Assembly: GCF_009914755.1 (NCBI RefSeq) | Contig: NC_060938.1 | Strand: one strand, 5' to 3' | From: the human T2T-CHM13v2.0 reference genome, Homo sapiens | DNA: 64,000 bases | Shown here: in pieces, positions 33,290 through 45,363 of the stretch | How the letters are laid out: every line of letters starts with the position of its first letter | How positions within the stretch are numbered: position 1 is the stretch's first letter | Program-made: the position numbers and the translations under genes | Notes under the pieces: model-generated | What the model saw: only the letters and a program-made list of their open reading frames with translations | Told to the model about the DNA's origin: nothing | Databases searched by the model: none

Positions 33290-35150
33290 GAGTGTCTCAG
33301 ATTGAGATATGATGCCAGGAATGCAGTAGGCCTCAGAATTGAGTGCAGAAGGAAGTGGGCTTCATGCATCAGAATAGTGAATGCCATAATTCTGACCAAG
33401 ATCTGCTCTAACATTTCATTTGATTTTTTAACCCATTTTTAAAAATTTAAACACTCACATATTTCCCTCTCTGGGATAGTGTAAAATATTACTGAACTGT
33501 GGTGAGGGATTGGTTGAGGATGGAGACCAAACATGTCGTAGTACTGCCAGTTGGCTGTATGTGTCTCTACAGCAGCCTGAGGATGCTGGAAACCTTTTGG
33601 GTAGATTGATCCAGGGTCTTGCCTAGGATCACATGGGTTGTTAACAGCAGAGGCAGAACACAGACTTCCTGATTCACAGGTCTGTGCCTTTACCACTGGC
33701 TTAGACCTCGTTCCAGACCCAAATTCTGTCTCTAGGTCTATCTTCTGGCCTGAAAACCGCATGTAGGTCTAATGGATACTTTTTCTGAAGGCAGCTAATA
33801 ATTTGTTTACCAGAGTTGTTAGAGAAAAATATGGTTAGTGAAGTGTTTCCCTGACTGAAATGAATATGTTAAATATGTGCCCCTTTATTACACACACAAT
33901 TTTAAGGGCAAAAAAAAAAAAAAAAAAAAACCTCAAAAGAAGCCCTTTATCTTATTATCTTATTTAAGATATAAAACAATACTTTTCTGTGATTCCCAAA
34001 TGAATATATATATATACATTTGTATGTGTGTGTATATATATATATACACACACACACACATATATATGGAAAAGATAGTTTTCTGGAGAGAACTTTTTTT
34101 CAATGATGTAGGACACTACTATTGTCCATACAGAATTTTAAAATGCAGAAGTTAGGACTTGAAATGCTGACAGACTCACAACCTCAGAGGCCAAATGGCA
34201 CCACAATGAATTCTCATATTTTTTACTTTCAAAAAACCCTAGAGACCGCTTTTATTGCATATTTTATGGAGCCATCTGTCTTTTTACTAGAGCTAGTATA
34301 GGTTCAAAACTTTAAATACAATTTTTCTTTTTGTCAAAGGGCCACAACTGCATGCAGTGCCATGGCCAGTAGTAAATTTCCAGGGTTTACAATGGAAGGA
34401 AGAGTCAGCACAGTATTAAAGCCTGATGCACCTGCTGTTATGGCAACTGCACTCTAGGAGGCATTTCTCATTAGATGTGTTTTTCTACCTTGGCCAAGAT
34501 TAGTCAATGTCATAAATCATCTTAATTGATAATATTCTTTTTAGAGATCTTTTGGATTTGCTGACATGAGGTCATTTAAAATTCTTTATATTTCAAATAA
34601 GACCCCATAAAGTGAAAGGCTTCCTTCAAATCCATATTTTGCTGCCTGGGAATAAGGGGGTGGGGGTGCAAAATATGAAGAATATGTGCTTGCTTGGGGT
34701 AAAGCACTATGGTAACTATGTGAAAGAAATGGTTTAAGCTTCAGTGGAGCCTAAATATAATTTAGACATACACAATGCAAGTCCAAGGATATTTGTACAT
34801 AAAGTATACAGGGCTTGATATAGGGAAAGCATTTTATGCAGTCAGTCATTATCCACTAGGCTGCTACTCCTACTGATACTATGCTTAAAATCAGATTTGA
34901 AAAAAATCATAAGTCATAATTCATGTCCATCATAATGGAAATGCTGCTGAGGTCATTTTCACATTTATTATGAAAGATGCCTCAACTTCCAAAAGGCTAT
35001 AGATCATATTAGTGAGAATGCAAGAGTAGAGGAACTCATAATTTTAATTAAAGCTGCCAGCAGCGTTTTCCAAAATTTTTTGGAGCATGCTAACGGTGTC
35101 TTCTGGGAGGATTGTTAATATTCAGAGTTAGGAGGGAGTATACTTGTTTC
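33290..35150 (-). pseudogene. Fossil ZNF862-like hAT module M6
   Basis: In order: FFSNLILSIV..ND*LHKMLSLYQ..TNILG, VAITAGAS, FHCKP..ACS, KF*TYTSSSKK, GAIWPL, SVWTIVVSYI, ESQKSIVL, SFQSGKHF..IFL*QL, VIFYTIPEREICE (ORF 33439-33762), EQILVRIMAF. Confidence 0.7.
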
Positions 35151-35293
35151 TCAGAGGTTGATCTAGAAAATTAGGTTTGGAATAGAGAATAATCTGGGCA
35201 CTGTTTTGTTTTTAGCAAGAGTAATGGTGGAGGTGGTAGGGCAGTTGAGAAAGCACTGTGGAGTGAATGGCAAATTTCTCTCAGAAGTTTAGG

Positions 35294-35480
35294 TCAGTGG
35301 GTCTCAAATTTGGGTGCATAAGAATCAGTTGGTGTACCGGTTAAAAATGTAGATTTCTAGATCCTAGTCCCCAGTGATTTTTATTGAGAATATAGAGGGT
35401 GGGACCCAGGAAAACTGCAGTGTCAAGAAGCCCCCTTCTGATTCTGATCAGCTACCCTATGGTCCACACTGTAAAATATT
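35294..35480. mobile_element. MER5-type hAT-Charlie MITE
   Basis: cagtgggtctcaaa..gcataagaatca..gttaaaaatgtagatt..gattctgat..ccacact. Confidence 0.65.
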
Positions 35481-35515
35481 GGGGACCCTGTCATGACTTA
35501 AATTTGTATGCTAAT

Positions 35516-35894
35516 TGTATTAGTCCATTTTCACACTGCTATGAAGAACTACCTGAGGCTGGGTAATTTGTAAAGAAAAGAGGTTCAATTGACTCACAGT
35601 TCCACAGGTTGTACTGAAGGCATGGCCTGGGGGGCCTCAGGAAACTTATAGCAATGGTGGAAGGGAAAAGGGGAAGCAGGCACATAATCACATGGCAGCA
35701 GGAGAGAGAGAGAACAAAGCAGGAAGCGCTACACAGCTTAAACAACCAGATCTCATGAGAACTCACTCACTATCATGAGACAGCAAGGGGGAAATCTGCC
35801 CCCATGATCTAATCACCTCTAACCAGGTACCTCCCCCAACACTGGGAATTACAATTCGACATGAGATTTGGGGACATAGAACCAAACCATGTCA
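35516..35894 (-). mobile_element. MSTA MaLR LTR
   Basis: Full LTR with perfect TSD CTAAT. Confidence 0.9.
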
Positions 35895-36700
35895 CTAATA
35901 TTTCTAGATTTCATTCTGAACAGTAATAACTTACTAAATACACTATTTCTTCTTAAAAACCTGAGGGTAGTAGCAGTAGTATTTTTTTCAAATCACAATA
36001 GATGAACATACTTGATTTAAAAGCAAAACATTATGCTTTTAATCAATAATAGGCTGACAGAAACTTGAATGAAGTTTCTACATGGAAGTCACATAATATA
36101 TTGACAGCAAAACTACTAGACTGATGATACATTGTCTGTCCTATTGCCGGTCCTATCCCAGACTTCAGATATGACAAGTACCTTCCCTTGCACACTTACA
36201 CAGACATCATTCATTGATAATACCATACTTTCCAGCTACATCAGATGCAACCTCAGAATTCTTCTCAGCAAAAACAGTCATTACCAAGTTATCAAAGCTG
36301 GTGTGGGTGTGCAATTGTATTTGACATAACTGTCCCATCCCAAACAAAAAGCACTCTTCTTTCCTTCTTTATTTTATTCTCTCCTTCCTTTCCTCTCTCC
36401 TTACCTCTCCTCCCCACCCTCCAAAGCTTTCGGAAACAAGTGGTCCATATAACTCATATTGAAGCAAAATGGAAGACCCTATTTTGTCCTAAATTAAATC
36501 AAACCAAGAGCAGGGCTTCCGGGATCTTAAAAGAAAGCATGAAACTCCACCTATTTTCTTAGAAAATTCTCCTGGTAATGGTACATTTGTTTCTAAACAG
36601 GCAACAGATGGTCGATATCTATCCATTTTTAAGAAGATAGTGATTTCAAACCACATCTTCAAGTTCATCAAAGTACCGAGGAATCAAGAATCCTACATTT
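35895..36700 (-). pseudogene. Fossil module M5: TTF finger plus N-terminal hAT part
   Basis: ORF 36489-36671 KMWFEITIFLKMD..SVACLETNVP..KKIGG (cf. SWFGQFPWLVID..SACIERPN..RLVRG), then NTIAH, RRILRL, DVAGKY, ISEVWDR, AVNILCD (cf. VILGKY, ISETLKR, VSVLLD). Confidence 0.65.
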
Positions 36701-37104
36701 CTTTTTGAGGTTTCAATTTTGAATAAGCCGACAAAATAAACACTCTAAATTATTTTAGGAAAACATCATGTGTCTCAATTTAATCATTTTTTATGCTTAG
36801 CCAAATTGTATTTTGTGTACTTTTCTCTAAAATCTATACTTTGTTAAGTTGTGATGGTTAGATCATGTTTTAAAGTAGAAAATAACATAATCTCATTTTA
36901 GGAAATGTAGGATACTCAGAAAAATATGTAAAAGAAAATGAGCACCACCTATAAAATCACTACCCAAAGATAACTACTATTAAGACTTTGGTACATTTTT
37001 ATTCATTCTATTATCCATGTATCTTCATGTGAATGTGTCTTTTTCTTTGATTTTCCCACAATATCTAGGTCATTTGGGGCATACTGTTTCCATCTGTCTT
37101 TTTT

Positions 37105-37280
37105 TTTTAATTTTCTTTTCTCATCTTTTATTTTCTTTCTTGCTTTTTTTTTTTCTTTTAGACAAGGTCTCGCTCTCTCACCCAGGCTGGAGTAATCTTG
37201 AACTCCTTAGCTCAAGTGATCCTTCCACCTAACCTCCTAAAGCTCTAGGATTACATCTGGGAGCTACCATACCCAGCACA
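37105..37280 (-). mobile_element. FLAM/Alu monomer fragment
   Basis: agacaaggtctcgctct..ttgaactcc..ctcaagtgatcc. Confidence 0.7.
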
Positions 37281-37324
37281 TAAAATTAGGCCATGTAATT
37301 AAATTATCTTTTCAAAACATATGT

Positions 37325-40215
37325 TTTCAACTCTAAGCTCAGGGGCACATGTGCAGGTTTGTTGTATAGGTAAACTTGTGGGTTTGTTGTTGTACAGATT
37401 ATTTCCTCACTCAAGTATTAAGCCTAGTAGCCATTAGTTAATTTTTCTGAACCTCTCCATCCTCCTACCATCCACCTTCTGATAAGCCCCAGTGTGTGTT
37501 TTTCCCCTCTATGTGTCCATGTGTGCTCATCATTTAGCTCTCATTTATAAGTGAGAATGTGTGGTATTTGGTTTCTGTTCCTGTGTTAGTTTCCTAAGGG
37601 TAATGGCTTCCAGCTCCATACATGTCGCTGCAAAGGATATGATCTCAATCTTTTTTATGGCTACATAGTATTCCATAGTATATATGTACCTTATTTTCTT
37701 TATCCAGTCTGTCATTGATGAGCATTTAGATTGATTCCATGTCTTTGCTATTGTGAATAGTGTTGTAATGAACATACATGTATATATGTCTTTAAAACAG
37801 AACAATTTATATTCCTTTGGATATATACCCAGTAATGGGATTGCTGGGTCAAATGGTATTTCTGCCATTTGGTCTTTGAGGAATCACTGAACTGTCTTCC
37901 ACAGTGGTTGAACTAATTTGCATTACCAACAGTGTATATGCATTTCTTTTTCTCCACAACCTCTCCAGCATCTGTTATTTTTTGACTTTTTAATAATAGC
38001 CATTCTGACTGGTGTGAGATGGTATCTCTTGTGGTTTTGATTTACATTTCTCTAATGGTTAGTGATATTGAGCTTTTTTTCATATGGTTGTTGGCCTCCT
38101 GTATGTCTCCTTTTGAAAAGTGTCTATTCATGTCTTTTGCCCACTTTTTGATGGAGTTGTTTTTTCTTGTAAATTTGTTGAAGTTCCTTATAGATGCTGG
38201 ATATTAAACTTTTGTTGGATGCATAGTTTGCAAAAATTTTCTCCCATTCTGTAGGTTGTCTGTTTACTCTGTTGATAGTTTCTTTTGCTGTGCAGAAGCT
38301 CTTTAGTTTAATTAGATCCCATTTGTCAATTTTTGCTTTTGATGCAATTGCTTTTGGCATCTTAGTCATGAAACTTTTGCCTGTACATATGTCCTGAATG
38401 GTATTGCCTAGGTTGTCTTCCAGGGTTTTTATAGTTTTTGGCTTTACATTTAAGTCTTTAATACATCTTGAGTTAACTTCTGTATGTGATGTAAGGAAAG
38501 AGTCCAGTTTTAATCATCTGCACATGGCTAGCCAGTTATCCAGTACCATTTATGAATAGGAAATCTTTTCCCCATTGCTTGTTTTTGTCAGGTTTGTCAA
38601 GGATCAGATAGTTGTAGGTGTGTAGTCTTACTTCTGGGTTTTCTATTTGGTTCCATTGGTCTATGTGTCTGTTTTTTACCAGTACCATGCTGTTTTTGTT
38701 ACTGTAGCCCTGTAGTATAGTTTGAAGTTAGGTAGCATGATGCCTCCAGCCTTTTTTTTTTTTTTCCTTAGGATTTCCTTGGCTATTTGGGCTCTTTTCA
38801 TTCTATATGAATTTTAAAATAGTTTTTTTCTAGTTCTGTGAAGAATGTAAATGTGAGTTTAATAGGAATAGCCTTCAATCTATAAAAAGCCATACTGCTT
38901 TGGGCAGTATGGTGATTTTAATGGTAGTGATTCTTCCTATCCATGAGCATGGAATGTTTTTTCATTTGTTTGTTGATCAAAATCTCTGATTTCTTTGATC
39001 AGTGGTTTGTAGTTCTCCTTGTAGAGATCTTTCACCTCCATAGTTAGCTGAATTTCTGGGTATGTAATTCTATTTTTGGCAATTGTAAATGGGAGTTTGT
39101 TCTTGATTTGGCTCTTAGCTTAACTATTGTTGTTTTATAAGAATGCTGGTGAATTTTGCACATTGCTTTTGTGTCCTGAGGCTTGATGAAGTTGTTTGTC
39201 AGCTTATAAGAAGCTTTTAGGCTCAGACTGTGGGGTTTTCTAGATATAGAATCATGTCATGTACTAACAAAGATAATTTGATTTCCTCTGTTCTTATTTA
39301 AGTACTCTTTATTTTTTTCTCTTGCCTGATTGCCCTGGCCAGAACTTCCAATACTAAGTTGAATAGGAGTGATGAGAAAGGGCATCCTTGTCCTGTGCCA
39401 GTTTTCAAGGGGGATGCTTCTAGTTTTTGCCCATTCAGTATGATGTTGGCTTTGGGTTTGTTATAGGTGGCTCTTATTATTTTGAGGTATGTTCCTTCAA
39501 TACCTAGTTTATTGAGATTTTTTTAACATGAGTGGATGTTGTAATTTGTTGAAAGCCTTTTCTGTATCTATTAAGATAGTCATGTGGTTTTTGTCTCTAG
39601 TTCTGTTTATGTGATGAATCACATTTATTAATTTGTATATGTTGAACCAACCTTGCATCCCACGGATAAAGCCTACTTGATCATGGTGGATAAACTTTCT
39701 GATATGCTGCTGGATTTGATTTGCCACTATTTTGTTCAGGATGTTTGTATCGATGTTCATCAAAGATATTGGCCTGAAGTTTTCTTTTCTTTTCTTTTTT
39801 TCTTTTTTTTTTTTGTATCTCTGCCAGGTTTTGGTATCAGGATGATGCTGGCCTTATAAAATGGGTGAGGGAGAATTCCTTCCTCCTCAATTTTTTTGGA
39901 ATAGTTTCAGTAGGAATGGTACCATTTCTTCTTTGTACATATGGTAGAATTTAGCTGTGAATCCATCTGGTCCTGGGCTTTTTTGGTTGGTAGGCCATTT
40001 ATTACTGCCTCAGTTTTAGAGCTGATAATTGATCTGTTCAGGGATTCAATTTCCTCCTGGCTCAGTCTTGGGAGGTTGTATGCGTTCAGGAATGTATCTA
40101 TTTATTCTAGATTTTCTAGTTTATGTGCATAGAATTGTTCATAATATTCTCTGATGGTTGTTTGTATTTCTGTGGGGTCAGTGGTAATATCTCCCTTGTC
40201 CTTTCTGATTATGTT
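37325..40215 (-). mobile_element. 5'-truncated L1PA13-16/L1PB element (~2.9 kb)
   Basis: Multiple ORF2 fragments in the ORF track and an older-type 3'UTR. Confidence 0.9.
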
Positions 40216-40420
40216 TATCAAAACATATTTTTATGTGTGTTAGTACTGCAAGAATTTTATTAGGCATACCTGTGTGAGAGAAAATAGAAAGTGGGCTAGA
40301 TATGGCTGGGATGGCCACCATACCACCATTGAAGTCTGAATGGGTCTGCTTTAGGATATTGTGTTCTGGAAGTAGGCCTTGGGAGGTCTGGCCTTGGTGG
40401 AAATGCAACAGTGAATTTTA

Positions 40421-40707
40421 TATTTTATTTTATTTATTTATTTATTTTTTATTATTATTATTATACTTAAAGTTTTAGGGTACATGTGCACAATGTGCCG
40501 GTTAGTTACATATGTATACATGTGCCATGCTGGTGTGCTGCACCCATTAACTCGTCATTTAGCATTAGGTATATCTCCTAATGCTATCCCTCTCCCCTCC
40601 CCCCACCCCACAACAGTCCCCAGAGTGTGATGTTCCCCTTCCTGTGTCCATGTGTTCTCATTGTTCAATTCCCATCTATGAGTGAGAACATGCGGTGTTT
40701 GGTTTTT
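40421..40707 (-). mobile_element. Short L1PA3/4 3' end
   Basis: Young 3'UTR joined directly to the tail of an Alu. Confidence 0.9.
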
Positions 40708-40995
<288 letters not shown>

Positions 40996-41732
40996 CAACA
41001 GTGAATTTTACAATGCAGCAGCCAGTGAGTCCTTGGTCCTATTATATTTCCTGTAATTGTAGGTCTATTAGGTATAGTCCTACAGTCCCCGCATTAGGAT
41101 TGAGTGATAATTGATCATATAGATAGATTTTTCTCAATCTTTTCCAACAACTATTGTATACCAGTGATTTTTTTTGGTTCCTATATAGTTTCTGGATCAC
41201 TAATCAAATTTATTTCTAAATTTATTTTATAATATTTAATATTTCTAAATAGTTTTTCTAAAAGAATTTCTATATAAACTATGATTAATCTATCTACTTA
41301 TTTGGAAGGTAGACATCATTCTACTAGTGTCTATCTTCAGGTTTTTCAAAATATTTTTTCAGTCTATATTTGGCACCAGTTTATAAAACAGTTATTTAAC
41401 ATATTTATACCCTCTTCCTCTTCAATTTTTCATCTTCAGGAATATTATATGGAGTTTGAGGCTAAGATTATTATTATTATTGTATTATTAGACTTAGAGA
41501 ATATAAGACCTTTCTTGTATGCCCTAACTTTCAGCCAGCTGATCCAAGTTAAAGATTATAATATGGCTATGCACTTAGGACAAGCCACACTAATTTTCTT
41601 GTACTTCCATTTCCTAATATGTAAAATGTAACAAAATCTGCTCCACTATATTGCAGAATTTTTATGATAATCAAAATTATGTAATGTGAGTATTAATAAG
41701 TAACATACCAAGGTATAGAGTGGTATTCTTAC

Positions 41733-43350
41733 ATATGTTTAATTAAAAAGAGAATCAGGTGTTATGTTTGTCTTTTGATATTTGATTTTGTGTTAGCAGC
41801 AACATCCCAGGGGAGGTAGAGCTATCTTCACTGAAGCAAAATTTTCTCTAAAATTGATTTTTAGGCAAGGAAACTTGGAGCTGATTTAATTATTCTGCAG
41901 TGTTCTACTGCAAGTTGACCAGTAAGAACATCTTCGTTTCACTCATCAATGAAGCTCTCTACTGGATAGGAAGGCCGCCGTCCATCTCCAGCCATAGGTT
42001 TAATGAAGGTCAGTTTCCACTTCTCCCACCTCTGTGCTCCATAATGTTTCACAGCAGAAATATATGGTTTCTATCATAACATAATTCTCCTGGCACATTG
42101 AAAATAAAATGTTGACTCTATGTTGAAAATACAATTCCAAATTCATCTCTCTCCTGCAGGGAGAAAGTTTTAATCACTTCATATGAAGGTGTTAACGGTG
42201 TGAATAGATAACAAATTGACAACAATTTGCATATGCATTGGGAAATGAATTCCTCTGTGAAACATAATTTTTAAATTTGCCTACTGGCAATTTTTGCTTC
42301 TGTCAGGGAAATATTAATAGGTCTCACTGTATCTATATCCAAAGCGATAACCAGCAAAATAATAAAGAGGGGTGGGGTGAGGGAACTGGTGGGGGTGTGG
42401 CAGGTGATTAATACCCTGTTAACAGGATGACAGAATTGTCTTGTGCAATATTAACCACCCATAACACTATTTGGTCTGATAAAGACCAGCCCTGTGAATA
42501 TTTAACTTTCACAATATTTGCTTTACTGATAGTGGGCCATTTTCATATATGAAATATAGCCTATTGCTTATTATTAATTAGACCTGAGTCGACCTTCAGG
42601 ATTTAATATTCTTTCAACAATGATTTGTGTAATTTATTACATGGTAACATACATTCAAAATGTGAGAACATTAGGACTTAAAATATAGGCTTGGACAGAA
42701 TCTTGATATAACATCTAACTAATTCATTTGACTATATATTGCAAATCTTTCACATTCTAAGTACTGAAGGGCATCCATGAACTATAAGATGCCTTCTATC
42801 CTCTTATGTACTGGAGCTCTACTTTCAGGGGAAAATGAAATGAATTCATAAGAACACAAGGCAGAGAGTTCTTTTCAAGCTCAGAGCAGAGGAAGAGTGA
42901 TGTGGCCAGCAGACAAAGTTCTAGCAGAGGAAGAATCACTTCAAATGGCCATGGAAAGAAGGCGGGGGGGTGGGGAGAGGATTGGGCAGGCAGCACCTTG
43001 GCTAGCCAGAGAGCAGCAGAAGTCAGACAACACCTGCTAGCAAACGTGAGAACTTGGTCAACAGGTGTTTAGGTCAGCTGGCCTCCCAGCTGGTTTAGGC
43101 CCTTTCTGACTGGTGTGAGGTTGAAGTCCTGACTACTTTTTCAGAAATATTGATGGCTGAGGCAGGTGGCTGTCTCCTGGAGGGATATATTGCTTCTTTG
43201 ATGTGGTGATTTTTTCAAAGGCCTCTGTGGTATGAACATAGGCTTGTCTTCTGTGACTCTCCTCAAAGCACCCCATGTTTTAATGAAACACAGTGCTTCC
43301 TGTTCCTGATGGCTGAAGTTTAGAAACTAATATATGAGTACAGGTAGAGA
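41733..43350 (-). pseudogene. Fossil ZNF862-like hAT module M4 (C-terminal half)
   Basis: TSWEAS*PKHL, FEVILPLLELC..LCSEL (ORF 42796-42996; cf. LSIYRPLSEVC..LITEV), KRIEGIL, RNSFP/ICKLLSICYLFTPLTPSYE, FNVPGELCYD..SAVKHY. Possible donor tat|gtaaga at 41733. Confidence 0.65.
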
Positions 43351-44064
43351 AAGATAAGCTAGCCAGGGAACCTGAGGCCACTATATCACATGGTGTCCTG
43401 ACACTTAAGAGTTATGACTTTGATCATTAATGTTTTAGGAAAACATTGATGGGGTTAGGCTTTTACCAAGAGAAATGACATAATTGGATTTGCATTTTAA
43501 ACAGACAACTGAGTACAATGGCAATATCTTATGGTTACTAAACACCAGAGTTCTGGGGCCAGACTCTCTGGGTTTGGATTCCTTCTCTAATCTTACTAGC
43601 TCTGACTTTATTCACATCTCTAAGGCTCAGTGACCTCATCTGTAGAATGAGGGTAAAAACTATTACCTGTCTTATAAATTTGTTGTGAGGATTAAATGAG
43701 TTAATGCATGTAGTATGCTTAGTTCAGTGGCTGGCACAAGAAAGAGAGAGCATTCAGTACCCATTGGCTGTTATTATCTTATCCCTCTGGAATAGTGCAA
43801 AAGATGGATGACTCTGATGGCAGCTTGAAGGAGGGGTCTGGAGACCAAAAGGAATCTATTTATGGCAATAGTTTAGGAGAGACATTGATTTATTGAATTA
43901 AGACAATGGCACAAGGATTGAGAAGGGTGAATGAAGTTGACAGTACAATGGACATAAAATCAACAAGATTTGGTGTCTGAGTCAATGTGAAGGGTGAAGA
44001 AGAGGGAGAAATCATGGATGGATTTAAGGGTTCTAGCCGTGGTCACTGCTGGGTTGTGGTGCCA

Positions 44065-44500
44065 CTGACCGACATGCAAAACAGAGCTGGACAGAACTTG
44101 TTTGTGTCCCCCTCATAACCTCTGTGTGCAGCCTTACAGCTGAAGTGGGCATCGCCTGAGGGATTTTTCTGATGGCAAGGGGAAAGAAGGGAAGTGCTAG
44201 GGAATTAATGTCCTGGCAACAGCCCTCAAACATTTTCTAGCGGGATCGTTGGTTAAATACCTCAGTACCTTTGCACCCCAGGTGGCATTACTTGAGGTTT
44301 ATAGTCTACTCTGAGTTTCCCGGTGTGATTCAGCTCCAGGTGGTAACTTGTTTGATAACTAAGCCTCTTTGGCTACCTTCCCTTCCTCATCTCACTGCTC
44401 CAATTCCCTAGTAGCCTCTTCTGGATCACCTTCCAAATAAACTATTTGCACTGGAATCTTTGCCTCAGGATTTGCCCCTGGAAGAAATGAAACTAAGAGA
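44065..44500 (+). mobile_element. LTR16-like ERVL LTR
   Basis: gaattaatgtcctgg..agccctcaa..ccttccaaataaactatttgcactggaatcttt. Confidence 0.6.
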
Positions 44501-44749
44501 GTAGGGAAGGGGAAAGGAACAGAAGGAACAGGAAAATAATTTCAGTTTTAGGTATTTTAGTGGGAGATACCTGTGGGGCATTCAAGTGGAGATGGGCTGG
44601 AATGCACTGGAAGTAAGAAATACAATGGTGTTTTTCTGGAATTTAATAAACAGTTGGGCTCTGCTATTCTAGATTGGTGAATACACTGCAAAACAAGTGA
44701 GAGCTAAAACCTCAGGGATGACTTGTAACCTAAGAAGTTTAAAAAAGCC

Positions 44750-45053
44750 TGCTGGGCGTGGTGGGCAGTGGCTCATGCCTGTAATCCCAGCACTTTGGGA
44801 GGCTGAGGTGGGTGGATCACTTGAGCCCAGGAGTTTGAGACCAGCCTGGCCAACATGGTGAAACCCCGTCTTTACTAAAAATACAAAAATTAGCCAGGTA
44901 TGGTGATACCTGCCTGTAGTCCCAGTTACTCGGGAGTCTGAGGCAGGAGAATCACCTGAACTGGGAGGTGGAGGATGCAGTGAGCTGAGATGGTGCCACT
45001 GCGCTCCAGCCTGAGTGACAGAGCAAGACTCTGAAAAAAAAAAAAAAAAAAAA
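44750..45053 (+). mobile_element. Alu (AluSz6/Jb-like)
   Basis: Full dimer with poly(A). TSD aagaagttt(a/g)aaaaag. Confidence 0.9.
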
Positions 45054-45363
45054 AAGAAGTTTGAAAAAGACAAATGCCGTGTGCTGAGAAAGGTGACAAT
45101 TGAACAAGAGGGTGTTGTTATTTAAGCCAGAAGACAAAAGTTTTCAGGAAGGCAAGGCTGATTTTTTTTTATAAAGTATAAATCCCTTTTTAGGGGAGAC
45201 TATATTGGATCTTTGTAATAGCCAAGGTATTTCACACATAATAATACTAAATAATGTTTATTGAATAAATATCACTTTTCTCCATCCCACTGTGAGGATA
45301 TAGAAGGAGCTGAGGGGCAAAATTAAGGGGTGAAGAGTAACTTAACAATTATTTTCATCTTAC

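Larger units (their letters stand above)
43360..45150 (+). mobile_element. L2 fragments with a nested MIR (43515-43775)
   Basis: L2 motifs (aattggatttgcatttta, caacaagatttggtg, ttcagttttagg..gatacctgtggggcattcaagtggagatg) and a MIR core. Confidence 0.6.

Noticed and set aside
36236-36300. Plus-strand mini-exon LHQMQPQNSSQQKQSLPSYQSW
   Set aside because: Weak donor, no partner exons, and the opposite strand is explained by module M5.
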